Origin: Lacrimispora sp.
GTDB lineage: Bacteria > Bacillota > Clostridia > Lachnospirales > Lachnospiraceae
Direction of reading: 5' to 3'
Assembly: GCA_029256305.1 (NCBI GenBank)
Contig: JAQSYE010000001.1
Coordinates: 3,139-67,138 of the forward strand
DNA length: 64,000 nt
Shown here in pieces: positions 30,276 to 39,403 of the stretch. The first letter of the stretch is position 1; every line of letters starts with the position of its first letter. The position numbers and the translations under genes are program-made. The notes below the pieces were generated by a model that did not search any database, was not told the origin of the DNA, and saw only the letters and a list, made by a program, of their open reading frames with translations.

Positions 30276-31014
30276 TTATCTTGCAGCGGAAGACGAAAGC
30301 CTCATTCGAAAGAACCTGATCAAGAAAATAACTTCCTTAAATTTACCTCTTAAGCTGGCCGGTGAAGCCGCCAATGGACTGGAAGCCATCGAATTAACAG
30401 AAGCAAACTGTCCCGATCTGATTATTACCGATATCCGCATGCCCCAGTGTGACGGAATTGAACTGGCGAGCTATGTGAAGAAAAATCATCCCAGCGTCAA
30501 GGTTATTATTATAAGCGGATATAATGATTTTTCCTACGCCCAGTCCGCCATCCGCTATGGAGTCGTGGATTATTTATTAAAGCCGGTTACTGCAGAAAAC
30601 CTTTTGGAGTCACTTCAAAAGCTTCTGATTACCATGAAATCTGAAACGAGCGCTCTGGAATCTTACTGCACCGTGAATGAAAGGCTGAGCCAGGAATCGA
30701 TTTGCGGACTGATGGAAAAATATCTTCAGGAGAATTATAAGCAGGAAGTCTTTTTTCAGGAAATGAGTGAAAAATTTGGATTTACACCAGAATACCTTGG
30801 GAAGATATTTAAGAAGAGAACCGGAGAAACGCCTTCCAAGTACCTGGCCAGACTGCGAATCAATGAAGCAAAAAGACTGCTGCTTCATAATCCGGATATG
30901 GAAGTCCAGAAGGTGGGGGAACTATCCGGTTATCCGGACAGTGCTTATTTCAGCAGGGTCTTTAAATCCTGTGTGGGTATTCAGCCCAGTGAATACCGGA
31001 ATAAGACTTGTTAG
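30253..31014 (+). CDS. YesN-type response regulator (REC + AraC HTH)
   Basis: AEDE, DLIITDIRMP, SGYNDFSYA, DYLLKP; AraC YFSRVFKSCVGIQPSEYR. Confidence 0.92.
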   Translation: MSTIQSYSYLAAEDESLIRKNLIKKITSLNLPLKLAGEAANGLEAIELTEANCPDLIITDIRMPQCDGIELASYVKKNHPSVKVIIISGYNDFSYAQSAIRYGVVDYLLKPVTAENLLESLQKLLITMKSETSALESYCTVNERLSQESICGLMEKYLQENYKQEVFFQEMSEKFGFTPEYLGKIFKKRTGETPSKYLARLRINEAKRLLLHNPDMEVQKVGELSGYPDSAYFSRVFKSCVGIQPSEYRNKTC

Positions 31015-31019
31015 AATGA

Positions 31020-31460
31020 CTATGTTTCATGATCGTATTGTACTAACCATTTGCTGAACACATCCATAACTCTGTGAACCAGAATCAAATTAGCCACCAT
31101 AAACACAGTAGATAAAACAGAGTACAAGATAACCTCATTTAATGGAAACAGTTTCACTGCCTGACTAATTATGTAAATACAGATAGGCAGACAAATGATG
31201 CTTGTAATAATAGCTGGAACATATTTTCTTAACACCAGCGCCTGAAAACAGTGGATTACCAAATGCAAAATAAAGGCAATAAACAACCCTGTCCACAGGA
31301 TATACCAATTGGTCACATAAGAAACAACTGTAATGATACTGACCAGTATAAATTCCTCTGCCACGCCAAGCGCAAAGGCAGAGGTTGTTATTTGATCAAA
31401 ATGAGGGTATAACTTTCTAAGGATCGGAAACAGCCATACCATTGCCTTTATATCATTCAT
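31020..31460 (-). pseudogene. HXXEE-domain membrane protein homolog with apparent in-frame deletion of the HXXEE segment
   Basis: WLFPIL joins directly to RKLYPHFDQITTSAFALGVAEEF; later LHLVIH...RKYVPAIITS typical of family; no HxxEE present. Confidence 0.55.
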
Positions 31461-31489
31461 TTTTACATCTCCTAAAGTTTCATTTGGAG

Positions 31490-32128
31490 TTAAACACAGA
31501 CCTTTTTTATAGGGTGCCGTATGACTGTCTTCCATTTTGATGGCTGTACTTTACGGGTATCTGAAAGATAAATTTCATGATGAAGACGAATATCTGTCAT
31601 ATCATTTAGATACCCATTTTCAGCCAGATACTCATCCATAATGGCAACAGTAGCAGGTTCGTCATTAAAAGGACCTATGTGCATGATTTGTACGCAGAGT
31701 CTTTCGTCAATCGTTAGGAATTCCGCTGACGAACAATCCATTTTTTTCTTTTTACCCGCTTCTGCCACTGCCCAGTCAAAATCCTCTTTTGTCACAAAGT
31801 CCGGCAACCGTATCACTGAAATCCAATTAAACGTATCCTTATTTGCATAGTCCACTCCCGCAATATCCTCCTGCCACCAGAAACCTTCCAGGGGAGGAAC
31901 TACATACTCAAAAAAACCTTCTATTTTATGTGATCCCTTATAACTCATTTTGATGGTATAAGCTACTGCATATAAAATCCCCAGTGCATTCTGATATGCT
32001 CCGCCTTCCTGATTCGGGTCCCCTTTTCCTCTTACCGCGATATAATTGGTAACTGGAACCATTACTAACTCTGGTTTATTTTTGGGCATATAAAATTCTT
32101 TATACTCTTTCTTAAAATCAAAAGCCAT
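31490..32128 (-). CDS. GyrI-like small-molecule-binding domain protein
   Basis: MAFDFKKEYKEFY, GKGDPN, YVVPPLEGFWW, HIGPF, HHEIYLSD, KTVIRHP. Confidence 0.85.
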   Translation of the reverse strand: MAFDFKKEYKEFYMPKNKPELVMVPVTNYIAVRGKGDPNQEGGAYQNALGILYAVAYTIKMSYKGSHKIEGFFEYVVPPLEGFWWQEDIAGVDYANKDTFNWISVIRLPDFVTKEDFDWAVAEAGKKKKMDCSSAEFLTIDERLCVQIMHIGPFNDEPATVAIMDEYLAENGYLNDMTDIRLHHEIYLSDTRKVQPSKWKTVIRHPIKKVCV

Positions 32129-32262
32129 TTTTTTACCTCCGCTTCTCAATTGTTGTCAAGATTTAGTCTAAACCCTCCTATCGTGTGAGAGTCAAGAACT
32201 TATTTAAAAAGGATCTTAAATGGAAAGCAGTGATTCCTTTGTAAATTTCCCAACCTATGCAG

Positions 32263-32796
32263 TTAGCCTTCAATTAGTTTTAAAACCTGCTCCATACTGG
32301 TAACTTGAGCATAGCGGTTGTTCCATATTTTATTTTCATAATATTCAGCTAAATCTTTCCCACTTGCAAATGCATTGTCAAATGTAGTCGTGGTTGACTG
32401 CGGTATGGTAACGCCATATTCGTATTCAAAAGCCACTTTACAGGTAACATCCAAACAGTATTCCGTCTGCATCCCACATAAAATGATGTTTTTTATCCCC
32501 ATCTCCTGAAGATATTCATGCAGCCCGGTTTTTCTAAATGCACTGTTATACTGTTTCTCAAATATTTTTTCATCTGGTGTCGGAGCTATTTCTTTGTATA
32601 TCGTCCAGCCAATGCTGCCATGCTCCAGTTCATCACCCACCCCACCATCATGTTGAATGTAAATAACGGGGAGGCTTTTTTTCCTACAGGAATCCAATAA
32701 TGTCTTTATATTTTCTATTACTGTCACCCTGTCGTAAGGTTCTGCTTCTACTAAAGCCGTCTGCATGTCCACAATAATTAATGCATCATAGTTCAT
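32263..32796 (-). CDS. Cysteine hydrolase (isochorismatase family)
   Basis: ALIIVDMQ, KQYNSAF, GMQTEYCLDVT catalytic Asp/Lys/Cys. Confidence 0.9.
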   Translation of the reverse strand: MNYDALIIVDMQTALVEAEPYDRVTVIENIKTLLDSCRKKSLPVIYIQHDGGVGDELEHGSIGWTIYKEIAPTPDEKIFEKQYNSAFRKTGLHEYLQEMGIKNIILCGMQTEYCLDVTCKVAFEYEYGVTIPQSTTTTFDNAFASGKDLAEYYENKIWNNRYAQVTSMEQVLKLIEG

Positions 32797-32882
32797 GATA
32801 AATTTTCCTATTATCTTTCCTATATTTTTTAGGTGTCAATTTAAAAAAAAGCGATTTTCATTTAATATATCAGTCTTGATTT

Positions 32883-33404
32883 TTATAATCTTGGCTGTGC
32901 ATATCCCATACGGCATAAGGACCAATTTAATGTAGTTGATTTGATTTGATCAGATATCTCCCATAAATTCTTTATGATCCGAAGTTCCACATTTCTTTTT
33001 GATAAAGCCTCAAACAAATCATTTATAACATATTTTTCAATAGGTTTTTGAACCTTTCTGGAAATATAATACCCTGCAATTTCATCCTGTACTTCAAAGT
33101 CTTTTGGATCAAATTCATAAAGATATAAATGCGTATTTTTTATAGTTTGAAACCACTTACTTTCAATAATAACAACATGCTGAATTTCAGGTGAGGTAAA
33201 AAATACCGCCTTGTCATGCTCCGAAGTATGTTCACCTATGTGGTAAGTTACTCTCGGGCAATCTCTTGGAGTCAAAAAATTAGGTAAATGCTTTTCATCT
33301 ATTGCCCACACTAATCCAACACCTTTATCTAAGTCCTCTCTTTTTGGAATTCTGGGATTAAAAATATCAATATTACCTTCCTCGCTTACATGGAACAGCC
33401 GCAT
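32883..33404 (-). CDS. Conserved hypothetical protein (DUF6886-like)
   Basis: MRLFHVSEE...F.PR...LVWAID...NFLTPRDCPRV recognisable family; function unknown. Confidence 0.7.
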   Translation of the reverse strand: MRLFHVSEEGNIDIFNPRIPKREDLDKGVGLVWAIDEKHLPNFLTPRDCPRVTYHIGEHTSEHDKAVFFTSPEIQHVVIIESKWFQTIKNTHLYLYEFDPKDFEVQDEIAGYYISRKVQKPIEKYVINDLFEALSKRNVELRIIKNLWEISDQIKSTTLNWSLCRMGYAQPRL

Positions 33405-33759
33405 ACCAGACGCACCCTTTCGCAGATAATCTTCACAGTAAATCGTAATTCCATTTCTAATATCTTAAGGCTGTACTTGCTAAAATGCAACCTGCAAAAT
33501 AAAAAGCTCAGTATTACAAGGCTTTTTAAACGTGATGAACGAATTTCTCAGGTAATCTTGCTACCCTCCCTTGCATATAATTTAATATGGATGTATTCTT
33601 CCAAATCTGTAAATTATACTGGTTATCTGAGTATTACGGGAATTGTGGATACAGAAATTGAATACAGATATTTTATTTAAAGCCTGAATTTCAACACCAG
33701 GTGTGAATGTAATTGGAACAACATTAAAATTGATTATTAATATAGGAGATGTTGCAGAA

Positions 33760-34632
33760 ATGAACCATATAGTAAATGAGAATTATAAAATTTATTTAAT
33801 CACCATGGATAAAAGTGATCAATTTTGGAAATTTATGGATAATGGTGCCAGAGAAATGGCTTCAATGTTAGGTATTACATATGTATGGGATGCCCCAATA
33901 ACGAGAGATGTAAATGAACAAATTGAAATATTTAATAATGCGGTAGCCACTAGGCCAGATGCAATCATGTTAGCGGCGAGTGATCCTATACAGATTTCAG
34001 AAGCAGTTGCACAAGCAAAAGCAATGGGTGTAAAAATCATTTATGTTGATGCACCAGCGTTTGAAGAAGCAGTCGTAACCTTAGCTACAGATAATTATAC
34101 AGCTGGTAAGTTAGCTGGAGAGAATATGTTTTACGAATTAGAGGATGTTGGTGTCACAAATGGCTCAATAGGAATCATTGGGGTAACTCCCGAAAACAGA
34201 ACGACTGTAAATCGGGAAATGGGATTTCGCGATTATTTAAAATCGTTTAGCAGATATCAAATATTAGAAACAATTTATACAAATGGTGACCCAGAGTTAG
34301 CAAAACAAGCAACGGAAAAATATATAAAAGACAATCCTGATCTTATTGGTATTTTTTCAACGAATGAAGGTTCTACGTTAGGGTTGGGGAACGCTTTGAG
34401 AGAAAATGATAAAAATATTATCGGTATTGGATTTGATATCACAGAGACTATTGAGGAAATGATAAGAGATAATACGATAAAAGCTGTAATGGTACAAAAC
34501 CCATTTACAATGGGCTATTTGGGTATGGCTGAGGCAGTTGCTGCATTAAGGGGACTTGATACAGGTTCACAATTTATTAATACTGGAGTAACTGTAGTTA
34601 ATAGACATACACCAGGTCTAATATTACCATAA
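33760..34632 (+). CDS. Orphan sugar-binding periplasmic-binding-protein fold (RbsB/LacI-sensor-like) without signal peptide
   Basis: FWKFMDNGA, ATDNYTAGKLAG, REMGF, GIFSTNE, IGFD, VQNPFTMGYLG; ATG 33760 after AGGAG. Confidence 0.8.
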   Translation: MNHIVNENYKIYLITMDKSDQFWKFMDNGAREMASMLGITYVWDAPITRDVNEQIEIFNNAVATRPDAIMLAASDPIQISEAVAQAKAMGVKIIYVDAPAFEEAVVTLATDNYTAGKLAGENMFYELEDVGVTNGSIGIIGVTPENRTTVNREMGFRDYLKSFSRYQILETIYTNGDPELAKQATEKYIKDNPDLIGIFSTNEGSTLGLGNALRENDKNIIGIGFDITETIEEMIRDNTIKAVMVQNPFTMGYLGMAEAVAALRGLDTGSQFINTGVTVVNRHTPGLILP

Positions 34633-34783
34633 TTAATTCTCTTTTTTATTATTCTTTAGCATCATAAATTAGCTGATTGTCCAAACCCAAATCTCCTCCT
34701 TTCTATAATCATATACCTTCCTTATATAAAAAAAGAGGATTCCCGAAGACCGGAAACCCTTATAAACACTGGCTTTTCTTAAA

Positions 34784-34856
34784 AGCGCGAGACGGGACTC
34801 GAACCCGCGACCCCGACCTTGGCAAGGTCGTACTCCACCAACTGAGCCACTCGCGC
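34784..34856 (-). tRNA. tRNA-Gly(GCC)
   Basis: GCGCGAG acceptor stem, TGGCTCAGTTGG D-arm, anticodon loop TTGCCAA, GGTTCGAGTCC T-arm; CCA not encoded. Confidence 0.97.
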
Positions 34857-35123
34857 ATGAAATATTAATTTCACAACACAGGCATTATATCATATACAGT
34901 GTAAATTTGCAATATATTTCTTGATTTTTTTACAACAGAAATAATATCAAACATAGATACATTTCAAAAAATCTGGAAACTTTCTCCAATCCAGTTTCTT
35001 AACCGAAAGCTGGAAATATCACCCATTACCCCTTATTATTTTCCTTGTTTTGTTTATTTTTAAGTGTCATCCTTTTATATTCTTAATCTATTGCTTAATA
35101 TAACCAATTATTCTGATTTTTCA

Positions 35124-35176
35124 TTGACACCATACTAATGGTTCCGTATAATGCAAGAAATTGGTCATCTGACCAA
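35124..35176 (+). promoter_or_regulatory. Consensus sigma-A promoter plus TetR-type operator
   Basis: TTGACA(35124)-17 bp-TATAAT(35147); perfect palindrome TTGGTCA-TC-TGACCAA at 35161-35176. Confidence 0.75.
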
Positions 35177-35190
35177 AAGGGAGGGATGAT

Positions 35191-35811
35191 ATGGGGCAAA
35201 TTTTATCAATAGAAGAAAAACCCTGCAGCACTTCAACAGAAGACAGAATTCTGGATGCAGCCCTTACCATTATTCAGGAAAAAACCATCAGCGGCTTAAG
35301 AATCCGGCAGGTGGCAGAAAAAGCAAATTTGTTTCAGTCCAACATTCATTATTACTACAACAGTAAGAAAGAGCTTCTCCTTGCTGTTCAGAAAAAAGTC
35401 TTAAACCGTTACCGCGAAATCCGCCAGCAATCCATTAACCAGTCAGGAATTGGTCCGGAAGCGACTCTTGAAGATCGTCTGGACATTTTTATAAAACAAA
35501 AAATTTACACAATATTAATAGAAGATAAATACGATGTGGCTGAGTTGGATTTTTGGAATCAGTCCCGCCTGGATCCAGACATGCATCAGGAATTCTGCCT
35601 CTCCTATCGAAATTGGAGAACGGAAATACGGGAAATCGCAGAAGTATTTGCACCGGACATGCCTTCTGCAAAGCAGAATCTGATTGCCGGAATTGGGGTC
35701 TCTTTAATGGAGGGCGCCACGGTTCAGTTTCTGGTCGACAGAGAGGCATTTGATTTAGATTCTTATTTTGCTTATTGCAAATCAATCCTGATCAGAGAGA
35801 TCAGAGGCTAG
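35191..35811 (+). CDS. TetR/AcrR family regulator (BetI-like C-terminus)
   Basis: RILDAALTII...IRQVAEKANLFQSNIHYYYNSKKELL HTH. Confidence 0.9.
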   Translation: MGQILSIEEKPCSTSTEDRILDAALTIIQEKTISGLRIRQVAEKANLFQSNIHYYYNSKKELLLAVQKKVLNRYREIRQQSINQSGIGPEATLEDRLDIFIKQKIYTILIEDKYDVAELDFWNQSRLDPDMHQEFCLSYRNWRTEIREIAEVFAPDMPSAKQNLIAGIGVSLMEGATVQFLVDREAFDLDSYFAYCKSILIREIRG

Positions 35812-35820
35812 GAGGAACCA

Positions 35821-37335
35821 ATGAAGGAATTGCTGAGAATGGAGCAGATTACCAAGCAATTTGGAAATGTATATGCCAACCGCAATATCAATCTCTCTGT
35901 AAAGGAGGGAGAAGTACATACTCTGCTGGGAGAAAACGGTGCAGGAAAAAGCACCCTGATGAATATTCTTATCGGCTTATACCAACCCACAGCTGGAACC
36001 ATTTACCTCCACGGAGAGAAAGTGAAAATTGATTCCCCAAAAGCCGCAGTGAAAATGGGCGTCGGCATGGTTCACCAGCATTTCATGCTAGTCGAGGCCA
36101 TGACTGTATTGGAAAACATCATTCTTGGAAGCCGGAAGGATTCCTCTGTCTTTATAAAAAAGGATCAGGTTAGAAAAGAAATCCTGGCACTTTCAGAAAA
36201 ATATGGTCTTGACGTGGAACTGGACAAGCAGATTACCGAAATCTCTGTAGGTGCCCAGCAAAGAGTGGAAATCCTAAAGGCATTGTACCGGGGAGCGGAA
36301 CTTCTTATTCTTGATGAACCCACGGCTGCACTCACCGACATTGAAGCAGAAGGGCTTTTTGCCATTATCCGCAAACTGACCGGAGAACAAAAATCTGTAA
36401 TCTTTATTTCTCACAAGATGAGGGAGGTTCTTTCCATCAGTGACCGGATCACTATTTTGCGGGCAGGCGAGACCGTCACCACATTAAATAAAGAGGATAC
36501 CGACGGCACCCAATTGGCTAATCTAATGATCGGAAGGGAAATGGTACCCAGTAATTATAAAAAAGTCACCGCTACTGGAGATGAGGTTTTAAGTTTTCAA
36601 AATATCAGCTATCAAAAACAGCATAAGCACAGCGGCTTAAATGAAGTAAGCCTGACCGTTCGAAAGGGAGAAATCCTTGGCATTGCAGGAGTGGACGGAA
36701 ACGGCCAGTCACAGCTGGCACAACTGGCTGCAGGAATTATCGCTCCTGAGGAGGGAACTGTTTTGTTAAAAACTTCCCGTGTCTCCCGTTTTGCGCCAAA
36801 CGGTTTTATCCTCTCCCATGTTTCTCATGTCCCGGAAGACCGCAATAAGATGGGGCTTATCGGCAATATGACAGTCAGGGAAAATCTGATTTTAAAAGCG
36901 ACCGAAGAGGCCCGTTTCTCCTATGGACACGGAGCTCTCTTAAAGAATAAAGCCATTACAAAGTTTGCCCTGGAAATGCAAAGCAAAAATGATATCCGCT
37001 GCGCTTCCATCGAGCAGGAGGTGCGTAACTTATCCGGAGGCAATCAGCAGAAAGTTATACTTGCCAGAGAGATGGAAAATGACCCGGAACTGTTAATCGC
37101 AGTTCATCCCACCAGAGGCTTAGATATCGGAGCCGCCCGTTATGTTCACGACACCATGGTCGCTGCCAGGGATCAGGGCTGTGCAATTCTCTTAATCAGT
37201 GCAGATTTTGATGAAATACTTAATTTATCTGACCGGATTCTGGTTATGTTCGAGGGACAGGTCATGGGAACTTACTCAGGAATTAACCCGCCCATTGAAC
37301 AGATCTCACTTGCAATGGCAGGAAAGGGGAATTAG
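35821..37335 (+). CDS. ABC ATPase, CUT2 nucleoside type (two NBDs)
   Basis: GENGAGKSTLM, VGMVHQHFML, ISVGAQQRVEI, GVDGNGQ, LSGGNQQK, PTRGLDIGA. Confidence 0.93.
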   Translation: MKELLRMEQITKQFGNVYANRNINLSVKEGEVHTLLGENGAGKSTLMNILIGLYQPTAGTIYLHGEKVKIDSPKAAVKMGVGMVHQHFMLVEAMTVLENIILGSRKDSSVFIKKDQVRKEILALSEKYGLDVELDKQITEISVGAQQRVEILKALYRGAELLILDEPTAALTDIEAEGLFAIIRKLTGEQKSVIFISHKMREVLSISDRITILRAGETVTTLNKEDTDGTQLANLMIGREMVPSNYKKVTATGDEVLSFQNISYQKQHKHSGLNEVSLTVRKGEILGIAGVDGNGQSQLAQLAAGIIAPEEGTVLLKTSRVSRFAPNGFILSHVSHVPEDRNKMGLIGNMTVRENLILKATEEARFSYGHGALLKNKAITKFALEMQSKNDIRCASIEQEVRNLSGGNQQKVILAREMENDPELLIAVHPTRGLDIGAARYVHDTMVAARDQGCAILLISADFDEILNLSDRILVMFEGQVMGTYSGINPPIEQISLAMAGKGN

Positions 37336-37338
37336 GAC

Positions 37339-38400
37339 ATGAAGCAGAAAGAAAATTTAATGAAGGTCATTGTGCCCGTGTTATCCATTCTGGTGGCATT
37401 TATCATCGGAGGAATCATTATTATCTGCCTGGGTAAAAACCCCTTTCAGGCATATGGATTTCTGTTTTCCGGTGCATTTGGAAGCAGCAGAAAAATCGCT
37501 CAGACCCTTGTGATTGCCTGTCCTTTGATATTTACCGGACTGACTGCCGCTTTTTCTTATAAATGCGGTGTTTTTAACCTTGGCGGGGAAGGCCAGTTTG
37601 TTATGGGCGCCGTCGCCAGCATCTTTTTTGTTACAAAGTCAGGTATCGGAGGAATTGCAGGAATACTTCTCAGCCTTCTCGTTGGTGCGGCTGCCGGAGC
37701 AGTATGGGGAGCGATTCCAGGAATACTAAAGATTACAAGAGGCTTAAATGAAATGATCGTCAGCATCATGCTGAATTATGTGGCAACTCTTTTTATGGGA
37801 TACGTTTATACCACCCTTTTGCGTGACGGAAGTGTACCCCAGACCTTTGCTATACCTGACAGCACCAAACTGTCAGTTATATCAAAAAGCTTTCCGGTTC
37901 ACTGGGGTGTATGGATTGCTTTGTTTCTTGCCTTTGCAGGGTACTATTTTCTTTATTATACCTCAAAAGGATTTAAACTGAGGGCAGTTGGTCTAAATTC
38001 TACCGCAGCATTTTTCAATGGTTTTCCTGTAAACCGGTATGTCCTCTTTTCCTTCATTGCCTCCGGAGCAGTAGCCGGACTTGGCGGAAGCGTGGAACTT
38101 CACGGCAAACAGTTAAGACTGATGGGCGGGTTTGGTCAGGGCTTCGGCTTTGACGGGGTGGCAATCGCTTTGATTGCCCAGCTGAATCCAATCGGTACTG
38201 CTGCTGTAGCATTTATCTTTGCCGTGCTGAGAAAAGGAGCCAGCACCCTGCAAACCGGGATGCAGATTCCTACCGCAGTGGTTGATATCATTCAGGCACT
38301 GGTAATTATATTTGCGGTGGCTGGCACAGCACTTTTAAAACTCCCAGCGATCAGACAGTACATAAACAGCCATATGGGGAAAAAGGAGGTTACCAACTGA
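37339..38400 (+). CDS. ABC permease (nucleoside/BMP type, BPD_transp_2)
   Basis: FNLGGEGQ, NEMIVSIMLNYVA, GFKLRAVGLN, GFDGVAIAL. Confidence 0.92.
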   Translation: MKQKENLMKVIVPVLSILVAFIIGGIIIICLGKNPFQAYGFLFSGAFGSSRKIAQTLVIACPLIFTGLTAAFSYKCGVFNLGGEGQFVMGAVASIFFVTKSGIGGIAGILLSLLVGAAAGAVWGAIPGILKITRGLNEMIVSIMLNYVATLFMGYVYTTLLRDGSVPQTFAIPDSTKLSVISKSFPVHWGVWIALFLAFAGYYFLYYTSKGFKLRAVGLNSTAAFFNGFPVNRYVLFSFIASGAVAGLGGSVELHGKQLRLMGGFGQGFGFDGVAIALIAQLNPIGTAAVAFIFAVLRKGASTLQTGMQIPTAVVDIIQALVIIFAVAGTALLKLPAIRQYINSHMGKKEVTN

Positions 38401-39341
38401 TGGATGCATTTTTCAACATAAATTTTCTCACAGAACTGCTGCTTTCAACCATTCGAATGGCTACTCCTATCCTGTTTGTCGCACTGGCTGAAACCTACTC
38501 CGAACGGGCCGGCTTAGTCAATATCGGTCTTGACGGAATCATGTCCTTTGGCGCATTAATTGGATTTTTAATCGGATATAAAACCGGAAGCCCCACAGTT
38601 GGTATCCTTGCAGGTGCTCTCTCTGGCATTGCCATTAATATGGTTTATGCATTCTGCACCATCCATTTGTGTGCTCCCCAGATTGTTTACGGCATGGCAA
38701 TCAATATTTTTGCACCGGCACTGGCCTCCTTTATCTACCGCCTTTCCTTTTCCGATACCTCGACACTCATACAGGGCGTATCCATGAAGGCACTGCCTAT
38801 TCCGGTTCTGAGCAGCATTCCGGTACTTGGACCTTTGTTTTTCAACCATATCCCTCTGGTGTATTTCGCTTATCTGCTGGTACCTGCCACTGCAGTTTTC
38901 TTTAACAGAACAAAAGCAGGTCTTAATTTTAAAGCCGTAGGCGAATTTCCAAAAGCAGCAGAAACACTGGGAATCAATGTAATATTTCAAAAATACCTTG
39001 CCTGCATCATCTGCGGAGCACTCGCCGGTGTGGGTGGCGCGTATTTAACGATCTGCTACACCAGCACCTACTCTGAGGGGATCGTGGCAGGCCGCGGTTT
39101 TATCGCCCTCTCAGCTGTTATATTCGGACGCTGGATGCCTTCTGGCGTGTTGTTAGCCTGCCTGCTATTTGGATTCTGTGATGCACTGCAGATCCGGCTT
39201 CAGCTATTAAGTCCATCTACGCCCTACCAGCTTCTCCAGATGATTCCTTATCTGTGCACCCTGTTTGTTCTTGCGTTTTTCGGAATTCGAAAAAGCGGTC
39301 CAAAAGCCAACGGACAACCTTATTATAGGGAAGAACGCTAA
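38400..39341 (+). CDS. ABC permease (nucleoside/BMP type)
   Basis: SERAGLVNIGLDG, AVGEFPKAAETLGINV, GRGFIALSAVIFGRW, MIPY. Confidence 0.92.
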   Translation: MDAFFNINFLTELLLSTIRMATPILFVALAETYSERAGLVNIGLDGIMSFGALIGFLIGYKTGSPTVGILAGALSGIAINMVYAFCTIHLCAPQIVYGMAINIFAPALASFIYRLSFSDTSTLIQGVSMKALPIPVLSSIPVLGPLFFNHIPLVYFAYLLVPATAVFFNRTKAGLNFKAVGEFPKAAETLGINVIFQKYLACIICGALAGVGGAYLTICYTSTYSEGIVAGRGFIALSAVIFGRWMPSGVLLACLLFGFCDALQIRLQLLSPSTPYQLLQMIPYLCTLFVLAFFGIRKSGPKANGQPYYREER

Positions 39342-39403
39342 TGATAATTCCAGGACAGTCCTGCGATTATATATTTTTTCAAACATAAAAAGGAGGATTT
39401 ATT

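Noticed and set aside
32129-33460. Integron-like cassette sites or IS ends between the small accessory genes
   Set aside because: Only weak, non-matching motifs (TGTCAAGA/GTCAAGA, AAATTTCCCAA, AAATCGTAATT); no conserved repeat or recombinase
33390-33680. 96-aa + strand ORF in an AT-rich intergenic region
   Set aside because: No SD, no recognisable motif, and overlaps the start of the DUF6886-like gene
34677-34868. 63-aa + strand ORF
   Set aside because: Antisense to tRNA-Gly and its terminator; spurious
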